DNA of 56,602 nucleotides, counting the filler, from an uncultured virus (IMG/VR IMGVR_UViG_2061766007_001428) (lineage: Duplodnaviria; Heunggongvirae; Uroviricota; Caudoviricetes). It is 16 parts of one record of this genome, joined end to end, with 100 filler letters (N's around TTAATTAATTAA, not from the genome) between each part and the next. Parts side by side here need not be neighbours in the genome. Positions count along the whole stretch, not along the records: positions 31,940 to 48,254 come from IMGVR_UViG_2061766007_001428; positions 48,355 to 48,990 come from IMGVR_UViG_2061766007_001428; positions 49,091 to 52,692 come from IMGVR_UViG_2061766007_001428; positions 52,793 to 54,836 come from IMGVR_UViG_2061766007_001428; positions 54,937 to 56,602 come from IMGVR_UViG_2061766007_001428; 11 more parts are not named here. One strand, written 5' to 3'. The notes under the pieces were generated by a model that was not told the DNA's origin, did no database searches, and saw nothing but the letters and a program-made list of their open reading frames with translations. The translations under genes were made by a program, and so were the position numbers. The number at the start of each line of letters is the position of its first letter. Position 1 is the stretch's first letter. This document shows, one piece after another, positions 48,092-56,602 of the stretch.

Positions 48092-48354
48092 NNNNNNNNN
48101 NGTTATGCGTGTCTTTATCGCAATCCATAACAAGCATAAACTCATACTCAAAGTCATCTCTCTGTACAGGTGCAAGACCTAACTTTTTAACTGTACTCTT
48201 GCCCGTTTCGGGGTCTTTCTCTTGTACATATTCAGACTTCGACCTAAGTGTTACNNNNNNNNNNNNNNNNNNNNNNNNNNNNNNNNNNNNNNNNNNNNTT
48301 AATTAATTAANNNNNNNNNNNNNNNNNNNNNNNNNNNNNNNNNNNNNNNNNNNN

Positions 48355-48492
48355 GATTTAGGCATATGTCAATTCACGACATTCTAGGGCATATGCTAGA
48401 CCCTGTTAGCCTTGTAGGTGACTAACGAACCGTGTTCGGAGGGAAGATTAAGTATGAATGAAAAAACAACGACAAGGTTTTCTCAACTCACA
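48355..48492 (-). ncRNA. Putative small RNA with anti-RBS 5' half and structured 3' half
   Basis: Directly behind a perfect promoter, no convincing minus-strand ORF, several hairpins. Confidence 0.55.
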
Positions 48493-48497
48493 ATCAT

Positions 48498-48526
48498 ATT
48501 ATATCATACTTTATATCATTTGTCAA
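48498..48526 (-). promoter_or_regulatory. Consensus sigma-A promoter
   Basis: TTGACA-17-TATAAT with TG extension. Confidence 0.85.
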
Positions 48527-48732
48527 TACCTATAATTCATAAATTTTTCAAAGGTTTGTTCTTTGATATAAAGTCGATAGGCTCTTTCAACTTCTTTTAT
48601 ACTTGCATTAATAACATTAAGGTAAGGTTGTATCATTTCTCGTGCCTTTTCTTCGGTCACTTCACCTTTAATAAATAACTCTTTATAATGTTCTGCCTGT
48701 TTTCTTAATTCTTCTTTATAACTCTTAGCCAT
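48523..48732 (-). CDS. Small hypothetical protein
   Basis: 69-aa ORF between two promoter-RNA units. Confidence 0.6.
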   Translation of the reverse strand: MAKSYKEELRKQAEHYKELFIKGEVTEEKAREMIQPYLNVINASIKEVERAYRLYIKEQTFEKFMNYRY

Positions 48733-48749
48733 TGTATTCTACTCTATAT

Positions 48750-48890
48750 ATAAGGTCGGGAGTGCAGTTTCAATCACTCGATACTACTATGGATTTCGTA
48801 GATGTTGATAATGGAGTTCTCTCTCCAAGCGTTCCACGGACGTAGCCCCTATTGTCTTAGTAACTTTTAATACTTGTTCACCGACCTTAT
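48750..48890 (-). ncRNA. Putative 141-nt structured RNA closed by a 10-bp terminal stem
   Basis: ATAAGGTCGG...CCGACCTTAT starts at the predicted +1, with nested internal helices. Confidence 0.6.
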
Positions 48891-48896
48891 GCGTAT

Positions 48897-48925
48897 ATTA
48901 TACCATACTTTGTATTATTTGTCAA
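48897..48925 (-). promoter_or_regulatory. Consensus sigma-A promoter
   Basis: TTGACA-17-TATAAT with TG extension. Confidence 0.85.
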
Positions 48926-49090
48926 TACTTGTTTCAAAATAATTTTTGGCAACCATTATATAATATTCATCTTGATGATTAAATACACAANNNNNNNNNN
49001 NNNNNNNNNNNNNNNNNNNNNNNNNNNNNNNNNNTTAATTAATTAANNNNNNNNNNNNNNNNNNNNNNNNNNNNNNNNNNNNNNNNNNNN

Positions 49091-50736
49091 CTTAAATACA
49101 TTTTCTCTTATCCTTAGAACATATTTCTTAATGTTAAAACTATCTACTACAATCTGCTTATTTACATAGGTTTTGCCGTATGGAGTAGTATAAATATTTA
49201 TACTCGGTGTACCGATAATTGACAAATTTAACTTAGTATCTTTTTTATCTTCGTTATCTATACATAAACGTTCACGGTCTTTGTTAGTTATGTTAAAGAA
49301 TAGATAACTTATGTTATTCGATATTAACTTAACTGTCCTATGATTTTTACCTAATATCTGTAATTCACTTGGGGTAAAAATTATATTATGTAATTCAAAT
49401 ATAGGCTTTGGTATTCCATTACCCCATAAAACATCCGTATTGGCTTCAAATAGGTCGAAAAGATTATAAGGTACATCTTCTATCGCATACGACCTTAAAA
49501 CGTCAATACAAGGCTCATATGAGAGTTCTATACTATTATAATAATCAATAAGTGGTTGTAAGTTTTCTTGCTTAATTAGGACACCACAACTTTGCTCGTG
49601 ACCCCTAGCCCATTCTACAAGTTCATTATTATCAAGGTCGCTCTGTAACGGGATAGGACTTCTTAAACTACCTACAAACTCATCATTGATAATCTTTCCT
49701 ACAAGTGTGGGCTTACCACCACTCATATCCATTATTTTTCCTGCGATAAGACCACTATAACTTTTAGGCATATCATCACAGGAGAATACAACTATATTAT
49801 TTCCCGAAAGAGTATTTATCTCATCCGTGTAGTTTTCAATGATTGAATTAACAATTTCAACCTGTTCCTTATGTGCATTAGCGCATATCNNNNNNNNNNN
49901 NNNNNNNNNNNNNNNNNNNNNNNNNNNNNNNNNNNNNNNNNNNNNNNNNNNNNNTCTCTTTGAGAATAAGCCTTATCTTCTCCAATGAAAGTGTTAAAGA
50001 GTGCTTTAAGGAACTTATTATTGATACATTCAGCCACTTCAAGACCAAAATGATAATATGTTCTATTCTGCTCATCTGACATATTCATAACATCAGATAC
50101 AAGACTTAAAGCAACTAAATCAATATATTCTCCCGAATAATCGGTGTCATATTTAGCATCTAAAGCCTGTAAAAATTTATGAACTACAAGACAACCGCTA
50201 CCATTCTTGGAAACATTCTTATTACGCTCATCTTGATTATTAACAAGAATACCATTAGTAATAGGTGTCGTTATCATATGATGGTCTAATACTAATATAT
50301 CTATATCAAGAGCATCGGCTTCTGCTTTATCATTAGTACCACCATCGGGAATAATAAGAAACTTGGCATCAAAATTATATTTTTCTTTGGTATTTTTAAT
50401 ACCATCAAATATAACTTCGTCTTGCAAACCACGTTCTTTACCTTCGTGGACTAAAACCCTTATATTCCAATCGGGTTTTACTTTCTTCATATAACGTGCA
50501 AGAATGACCGTACTTGTAATACCATCCACATCATCATCACAAAGGATATAAGTATCATCGCCAATATGCCGACTAAACATTTCTACGGCATCAAGCATAT
50601 TATAATAGTCGCAATAGTTGTCAAGATATTTTCCCGTAGGATTAAGGAACTCTTCTATATCCTTAACCCCACATTTATTAAGATAACTGTCAAGACTAAT
50701 TGCTTCGTCCTTTTTGTATAATTGTTTAATCTTCAT
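49091..50736 (-). CDS. recJ: RecJ-like DHH ssDNA exonuclease (split by gap)
   Basis: DDDVDG, LDHH, LVSDVM, GSLRS and GHEQSCG. Confidence 0.9.
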
Positions 50737-51169
50737 TATGGTCTATACCCTGTACATAATCTATTATATAATCAGAAATTGCATTACAGTAATCAACACA
50801 CATATTATTTATAAAAGCCAAATCTGATTGTATATCTAATATTGCTCTAAAAAGTACATCATTGATTTCATTAATAGCATATTGCTCATACTTTTTACAT
50901 TTATCTTTAATGCGAGGAATACTATAGTGCATATACCAACACTTTTCTAAACTACCCCAACTTATCCAACCAATGTGCATTTCATAATCATTGTCTGTAT
51001 AAACATATAAGTTGTAAAAAGGTTCTTCTTCTGTTTCGTCTTTACGCCATTTANNNNNNNNNNNNNNNNNNNNNNNNNNNNNNNNNNNNNNNNNNNNNNN
51101 NNNNATAATGTTCATTAGCACATTTTTCTTCTTGTTCTTTATCACACGTTGAACAATATACACACGCAT
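50726..51169 (-). CDS. Hypothetical protein
   Basis: Open frame in operon orientation, with a gap inside. Confidence 0.45.
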   Translation of the reverse strand: MRVYIVQRVIKNKKKNVLMNIXXXXXXXXXXXXXXXXXXKWRKDETEEEPFYNLYVYTDNDYEMHIGWISWGSLEKCWYMHYSIPRIKDKCKKYEQYAINEINDVLFRAILDIQSDLAFINNMCVDYCNAISDYIIDYVQGIDHNED

Positions 51170-51895
51170 AACATCTTGGTGAAATCTTCATAATCTTTCT
51201 CCACTATTATTTCACTATTTTTCATTATTTCAATGTTTTACTGAAACTTCGTTTTTCACATTTTCACATTTTCTAATATCTCATCCATTTCTCCTAAATA
51301 TATTCCCNNNNNNNNNNNNNNNNNNNNNNNNNNNNNNNNNNNNNNNNNNNNNNNNNNNNNNNNNNNNNNNNNNNNNNNNNNNNNNNNNNNNNNNNNNNNN
51401 NNNNNNNNNNNNNNNNNNNNNNNNNNNNNNNNNNNNNNNNNNNNNNNNNNNNNNNNNNNNNNNNNNNNNNNNNNNNNNNNNNNNNNNNNNNNNNNNNNNN
51501 NNNNNNNNNNNNNNNNNNNNNNNNNNNNNNNNNNNNNNNNNNNNNNNNNNNNNNNNNNNNNNNNNNNNNNNNNNNNNNNNNNNNNNNNNNNNNNNNNNNN
51601 NNNNNNNNNNNNNNNNNNNNNNNNNNNNNNNNNNNNNNNNNNNNNNNNNNNNNNNNNNNNNNNNNNNNNNNNNNNNNNNNNNNNNNNNNNNNNNNNNNNN
51701 NNNNNNNNNNNNNNNNNNNNNNNNNNNNNNNNNNNNNNNNNNNNNNNNNNNNNNNNNNNNNNNNNNNNNNNNNNNNNNNNNNNNNNNNNNNNNNNNNNNN
51801 NNNNNNNNNNNNNNNNNNNNNNNNNNNNNNNNNNNNNNNNNNNNNNNNNNNNNNNNNNNNNNNNNNNNNNNNNNNNNNNNNNNNNNNNNNNNNNN

Positions 51896-52528
51896 TTTTA
51901 CAAGCAACGCCTGTTGTACCTGTTCCCATAAACAAATCTAAAACTACGTCACCTTCATTTGTAGATAATAATATACAAGTTTCGGGTAATTGTACAGGAA
52001 ATCCACTATGACCATATGCTGATTTAGTTTCTTTTCTACCAAAAGATACATTAGTTGATTTTCCACTATTAAATGGTAATTCCCATACATTACCTACATT
52101 TTTAGTTTTAAACATTTGTGGATTGCACTCATAAGCATCTTGTTTATTAAAATTAACTCCTGCTGATGTATGTCTTAAACAAAAAATATATTCACATTGA
52201 TTAGTTAATTGTCGAGATGTATTAGCAGGTTGCTGATTATAACGATACCAAATAACTGTTTCGTGTAATTTATACATTAACTTTCGTGTGGCAATTTCCA
52301 TAATTTCAAATGCACGTANNNNNNNNNNNNNNNNNNNNNNNNNNNNNNNNNNNNNNNNNNNNNNCACTCTTTTAACCACTTTTCACACCATTCAAGGTAT
52401 TGTGCATAGGAATTAAAATAGGCTTCATACTCAAATCCTTTCCAATATGGAGGAGAAGTTACAATACAATCTATTGAACTATCTGCCAAATCTTTTATTT
52501 TTTCAAGACAATCACCATTAATAATCAT
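51896..52528 (-). CDS. N4-C/N6-A DNA methyltransferase, beta class
   Basis: TSPPY precedes VLDLFMGTGTTG. Confidence 0.9.
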
Positions 52529-52792
52529 ATTATTTTTTCACTTTCCTAATATCAAATCTTTTGCTATACTCATACTAACCTGCTGACACATCTTGCCACC
52601 GAACTCACCACATTGTTGTACAAGTTCAAGTTCCTCTTTTAATAAATCAGCGTAGATGCGTTTAGGTAAATTCATCGCAACAGTTCTAAAATNNNNNNNN
52701 NNNNNNNNNNNNNNNNNNNNNNNNNNNNNNNNNNNNTTAATTAATTAANNNNNNNNNNNNNNNNNNNNNNNNNNNNNNNNNNNNNNNNNNNN

Positions 52793-53203
52793 ACCACAAT
52801 AATGATTATATCTATAACATTCTTTCTTTTCCCCGATGCGTTCTTTCATTTGTGGATTATAAGTTGACTTACTACCTTTTTGAAATACTAATATCTCTTC
52901 ATAATATTTCATAGGGCGATATTTTGCGCTACTCATACCTGTTGGTACATTCTTTTTCCAAATCAATTTATATTTATACTGTTTAGGATTACTCTCATAT
53001 AACTTGTAAGTAAATAATCCACTTGAAAATAAAATAATAATTGAATTATCTTTTNNNNNNNNNNNNNNNNNNNNNNNNNNNNNNNNNNNNNNNNATTTTA
53101 TGCCTGTAACTCCATAAGGTAAATCACAAATAATGCAATCAATACTATTATTAGAAATTTCTTTCATTATTTCTAAACAATCACCTTGTCTTAATTCAAT
53201 CAT
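52793..53203 (-). CDS. DNA methyltransferase, beta class (partial)
   Basis: GDCLE, CDLPYG, IWKK and EEILVF. Confidence 0.85.
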
Positions 53204-54737
53204 TATTGCTCCTTTTAAGTTCTGTTTTTGGCACTTTAATAACTTTGTTTTGCCAATCTGTACAAAAACAATCTATCATTCTTCCTGTACCTAAATCTAC
53301 ATTTACCCATATCTTTATATTCTGCGGATATGAACCAAAACGAACCTTATACATATGATAAATATGTGTGGCGTGTGGTAATCCGAATCCACGATAACTG
53401 ATTTCTTGTTCTATGATTTCTCGTGCTTTAAGTTCTTTAGGTCGTAATGGTAAGAACACACCACCTATATCAAGTTTATTTGCAACGGCTCTTGAACCTG
53501 CGATTGATTCTACACCGATTGCTTCTACACTACCTAAGTTTGCATTGGTCTGAGTACAAGTATAAACAGGAATATTATATGTTCTTGCCATTAACTTTAA
53601 GAAATCAGATAAGTTCGCTAATACTTGGTCGGTTCTTAATCCTACACCACCATTAGCCCTTACCATTTCGGCATTGATAGCACCACCATCTTGAATATAA
53701 TCATATACCAAAAGTTCAATGCCGTGGTTTAAAACGTGGTCTTTAATTTCCTGTTCAATATTTTTCATTGTAAAGTTTGGCATATAAACCAAATGAATAT
53801 TGCTATTTTGTAATATATCAATAGCCGTATCTATACGCAAACTTTGTTCTGCCGTATAATGTCCATTAAGTATCGTACTAACAGGAATATTAGCAATATA
53901 AGATAAAAACTTAACTGATAACTCTTGAACATTATCTAACTCAAACTGAATGTATAAACCACCATTCTTTGTTTGATAAGGATTATCTATAAACGAATCT
54001 GCTTTATCATCCCATAACTGTTTAGCACAAAGTTTTGTCATTGTAGCAACCGCTATTGACGTTTTACCTGTACCCGATGGGCTTGAAAAACAAGTTAACT
54101 GACCATCCATTAAACCCCTTGTAACTGTATTCATCAACTCAGAACAAAAGGAATGACCATATAGGGGTTCTTCTTGTAACTGTGTTTTAAGTTCTTCAAG
54201 CCCAAATCCTGCCTTAGTTTCTTCAAGGTCTTTTTCTTTAGGATAATAAACCTTATCTATTTGTAATTGAAGATTATCGTAATAGTTTAATATATCTTCA
54301 ATTTTGTATTGATTGAGATTTTCCATATTCTTCTCATCAGAAATCTCTTCATTCCAAAATTTTGAAATATCAAAACCATTCTCTTTATAAACTGTTAAAC
54401 AGGATAGTTTACGAAACTCTTTATAATATCCGTCAAAGTTATCTACATCTGTAAGTTCAATAATTGTGGCAATATAACTATCTCCACTATTATCAAGATA
54501 AACGTTATACTGTGCTTCGTATGGTTTAAGAAACTCATTTAAATCCATAATAGAGATAGTCTTATATCCATTACAGGCAAGATTATAAATACTTACATAA
54601 AGTATTTGATGAAACTTATTAACGGCAAATTCACTTTTGTCTAATTTGTATTTTTCATCCAAACATAATGTTGGATTCTGTACTAAACANNNNNNNNNNN
54701 NNNATTTGAATATATTGCGCTCATTCGTTTTGCTCAC
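53196..54737 (-). CDS. DnaB-like replicative helicase
   Basis: SPSGTGKT Walker A, YDYI, TQTN, and K.RFG arginine finger. Confidence 0.85.
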   Translation of the reverse strand: MSKTNERNIFKXXXXXCLVQNPTLCLDEKYKLDKSEFAVNKFHQILYVSIYNLACNGYKTISIMDLNEFLKPYEAQYNVYLDNSGDSYIATIIELTDVDNFDGYYKEFRKLSCLTVYKENGFDISKFWNEEISDEKNMENLNQYKIEDILNYYDNLQLQIDKVYYPKEKDLEETKAGFGLEELKTQLQEEPLYGHSFCSELMNTVTRGLMDGQLTCFSSPSGTGKTSIAVATMTKLCAKQLWDDKADSFIDNPYQTKNGGLYIQFELDNVQELSVKFLSYIANIPVSTILNGHYTAEQSLRIDTAIDILQNSNIHLVYMPNFTMKNIEQEIKDHVLNHGIELLVYDYIQDGGAINAEMVRANGGVGLRTDQVLANLSDFLKLMARTYNIPVYTCTQTNANLGSVEAIGVESIAGSRAVANKLDIGGVFLPLRPKELKAREIIEQEISYRGFGLPHATHIYHMYKVRFGSYPQNIKIWVNVDLGTGRMIDCFCTDWQNKVIKVPKTELKRSNND

Positions 54738-54936
54738 TTTCTAAATCAAGTTGTTTACCACAAAAAGGACAATATATTATTTTTGCAGTATGCCACATAA
54801 ATGTACTATCCCATTCATTATCAGTTTCCAATGAACNNNNNNNNNNNNNNNNNNNNNNNNNNNNNNNNNNNNNNNNNNNNTTAATTAATTAANNNNNNNN
54901 NNNNNNNNNNNNNNNNNNNNNNNNNNNNNNNNNNNN

Positions 54937-55323
54937 GATATATATAATCGCCATTCATAGGACTAGGATTAGTCTTTTTCCATATACAGTTCCCTTATGT
55001 TGTTTGGCGTAATTATCAAAATAATTAAATATATCTGAAACTTGATTCATTCCACAAAAAATAATAATTGTACCTTTTGTAATGCGATATAATTCATCAA
55101 GAAAAGTTTGTAAATCAAAAGTTAAAATATCTGCACAACCTTTATCAAGATTTCTAAGTCCATTACTTTCTCGATTAACACTATCATAAGGAATATCTGT
55201 AAGGGTTAAGTCTATCGTACTCCCTTCTATATCTTTCATTAATTCTATACAATCTTTATTAAACAACATTCCACGTTCATCTGTAAAATCTGCAATATTA
55301 AAAAGTTCTGATAATTCCATCAT
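54937..55323 (-). pseudogene. DNA methyltransferase with apparent frameshift (partial)
   Basis: TDIPY motif. The conserved IWKKTNPSPMNG continues in a different frame near 54985 with no N gap there. Confidence 0.65.
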
Positions 55324-55333
55324 TATTACTCCT

Positions 55334-55671
55334 TTATAGCCATCTTATAACGGGTTCGGTTTTGCTATCTTTTTCCCAAATAAACCAAGCGTGACACATT
55401 GTAGTAGCCCATTTTTTACCTGTGTTTGGGTCTAAAGATTGTCCATTGTTCCAAGTTGCCATTCTATTTCTAAATACATAAACATATTTAGGTGGATATT
55501 TATTAAATAATTCTTCTCTTTTTTGTCCTTCGAGAAATTGAATTNNNNNNNNNNTCCAAATATATCATATTTTGATAACAACATAGTTACCGCTTTTGGG
55601 TCAGTAGCATAATAATCATTCTCAACTCTGTTGTTTTTAGGATTTCCACCTGCTAATTTTCCACCTTGCAT
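55334..55671 (-). CDS. Phage-type adenine DNA methyltransferase (middle lost in gap)
   Basis: DYYATDPKAV N-terminus; QFLEGQKR...PPKYVYVF..R...AWFIWEK C-terminus. Confidence 0.75.
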
Positions 55672-56602
55672 TATATAATCTCCCTATTTTCAAATAATGT
55701 CATAAACACTTCTTCGCCTTTATCTGTTGGGCTATCTTTATAGTCTAATAATCTGTCAGTATCATTATCATAGATTATACTAATCTCTTTTGCATAAGGT
55801 CTTATAATATCAATTATCCTATTAACTTTAACCTTATACTTTTCCCATTCCCTGCCACGCATAACATCATATTGACGGTCTAATGCTATTATAAATTTCT
55901 CTACACCTAAGTTTAATAATAACTTTAACTTCTGAATAGAAAAGTTCATACCGAACATCCCTACACAGATATTAGGCATATTAAAACTATCGAATTGCAT
56001 AACAGATTTAGGTGATTCTAATAGGATAACTTGCTTAGACTTTTCAATATTAATTTTATTATAGTTAAGCCCAAACAATTCTAATCCCATTTGAAACTTG
56101 TATTCATCACCATTGAGCATTTTAAGATGAAAATATTTCAATCCATCATTTATTAATTCGGGATTAGTATTACGACAATGCGTACCTACAAGTTTACCAT
56201 CAACATTTCTAACAGGAATAACCACCTGCTGACTACGATTATACCACTTGATTTGATACTTTTCTTGCGTTTCTTCACTAATACCTTCTTCAAGCCACGG
56301 AAGATAAATACAATCGTCAAGTTTAGAAAGGACATAATTATCATATATTTTATTTTCTGATAAATTCTGTCCTTTTGTATATCTTAGTAATCCTTGCCAA
56401 TTATAGATATTGTTTTTAACCTGCTTTACTTCTTCCTTAAAGTTAAAATCAATCCCTACTTGTTCACATATCCATTTCATAGAACGATATGTAGTACAAG
56501 GCTCTCCAAGAAGTTCTCTACGTTTTTTGACTAAACTTAAAAGTGAATATGAGCAACCACATTCACTAAAACAGGTAAAATATCTATCTTCTTCGTTAAA
56601 TG
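55671..56602 (-). CDS. DNA primase (Toprim), 5' end outside window
   Basis: F.CFS.C Zn-finger tail, IPVRN..G.LVG..CR, LFGLN, ESPKSV, ALD and KDSPTD. Confidence 0.85.
   Translation of the reverse strand, partial: FNEEDRYFTCFSECGCSYSLLSLVKKRRELLGEPCTTYRSMKWICEQVGIDFNFKEEVKQVKNNIYNWQGLLRYTKGQNLSENKIYDNYVLSKLDDCIYLPWLEEGISEETQEKYQIKWYNRSQQVVIPVRNVDGKLVGTHCRNTNPELINDGLKYFHLKMLNGDEYKFQMGLELFGLNYNKINIEKSKQVILLESPKSVMQFDSFNMPNICVGMFGMNFSIQKLKLLLNLGVEKFIIALDRQYDVMRGREWEKYKVKVNRIIDIIRPYAKEISIIYDNDTDRLLDYKDSPTDKGEEVFMTLFENREII

Noticed and set aside
47400..48254. Near-identical duplications (about 47430-47560 vs 47655-47790, and 47940-48091 vs 48103-48254) as DGR template/variable repeats
   Set aside because: Differences are mostly synonymous and not adenine-specific, the copies abut short N gaps, and no reverse transcriptase is visible. 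They are best explained as strain variants scaffolded side by side.
48770..48850. TnpB/IscB omega-RNA remnant (TACGTCCGTGGA...TTGAAAC)
   Set aside because: The expected pairing partner is missing, and there is no tnpB/iscB gene or IS end nearby.
745..54892. Recurring TTAATTAATTAA 12-mer as a biological repeat
   Set aside because: It is always flanked by N runs and gives stops in all frames, so it is an artificial contig spacer.
1..56602. Stop-codon reassignment, CRISPR array, or programmed frameshifts explaining fragmented genes
   Set aside because: Long ORFs read normally in code 11 and breaks coincide with N gaps, apart from the one methyltransferase noted. No regularly spaced repeat-spacer array was seen.

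Overview
A gapped, linker-joined assembly covering a large part of an AT-rich tailed phage genome. The host is probably an anaerobic Firmicute (inferred from the sigma-A promoters, NrdD and the lysin type), and gene content and order are SPbeta-like. Left arm (+ strand, about 1-30.8 kb): part of a YonO-type single-chain RNA polymerase (DFDSD motif), two HU-like genes, a metallophosphoesterase, two dense blocks of structured non-coding sequence, terminase, portal, a ferritin-fold gene, protease/scaffold, capsid, neck, tail, tape measure, baseplate/receptor-binding and lysis genes. Right arm (- strand, about 30.9-56.6 kb): ThyX, dUTPase, a Zn deaminase, NrdD, SleB-like and CAP proteins, RecD2, two DnaE-type polymerase genes, DenV, homing endonucleases, SSB-like and Sak4-like proteins, RecJ, DnaB, primase and four DNA methyltransferases. 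The most unusual signal is a set of structured RNAs, several directly behind perfect sigma-A promoters. They include 12-bp tRNA-like minihelices sharing a TGCAATT loop, compact H-type pseudoknots, anti-Shine-Dalgarno/anti-start-codon segments fused to structured 3' domains, and T-loop hairpins. Several short motifs also appear strongly avoided. Caveats: contigs are joined by artificial N-TTAATTAATTAA-N linkers and many short N gaps, so adjacency across gaps, gene ends and some duplications are unreliable. All family calls are by-eye motif recognition, not database results.
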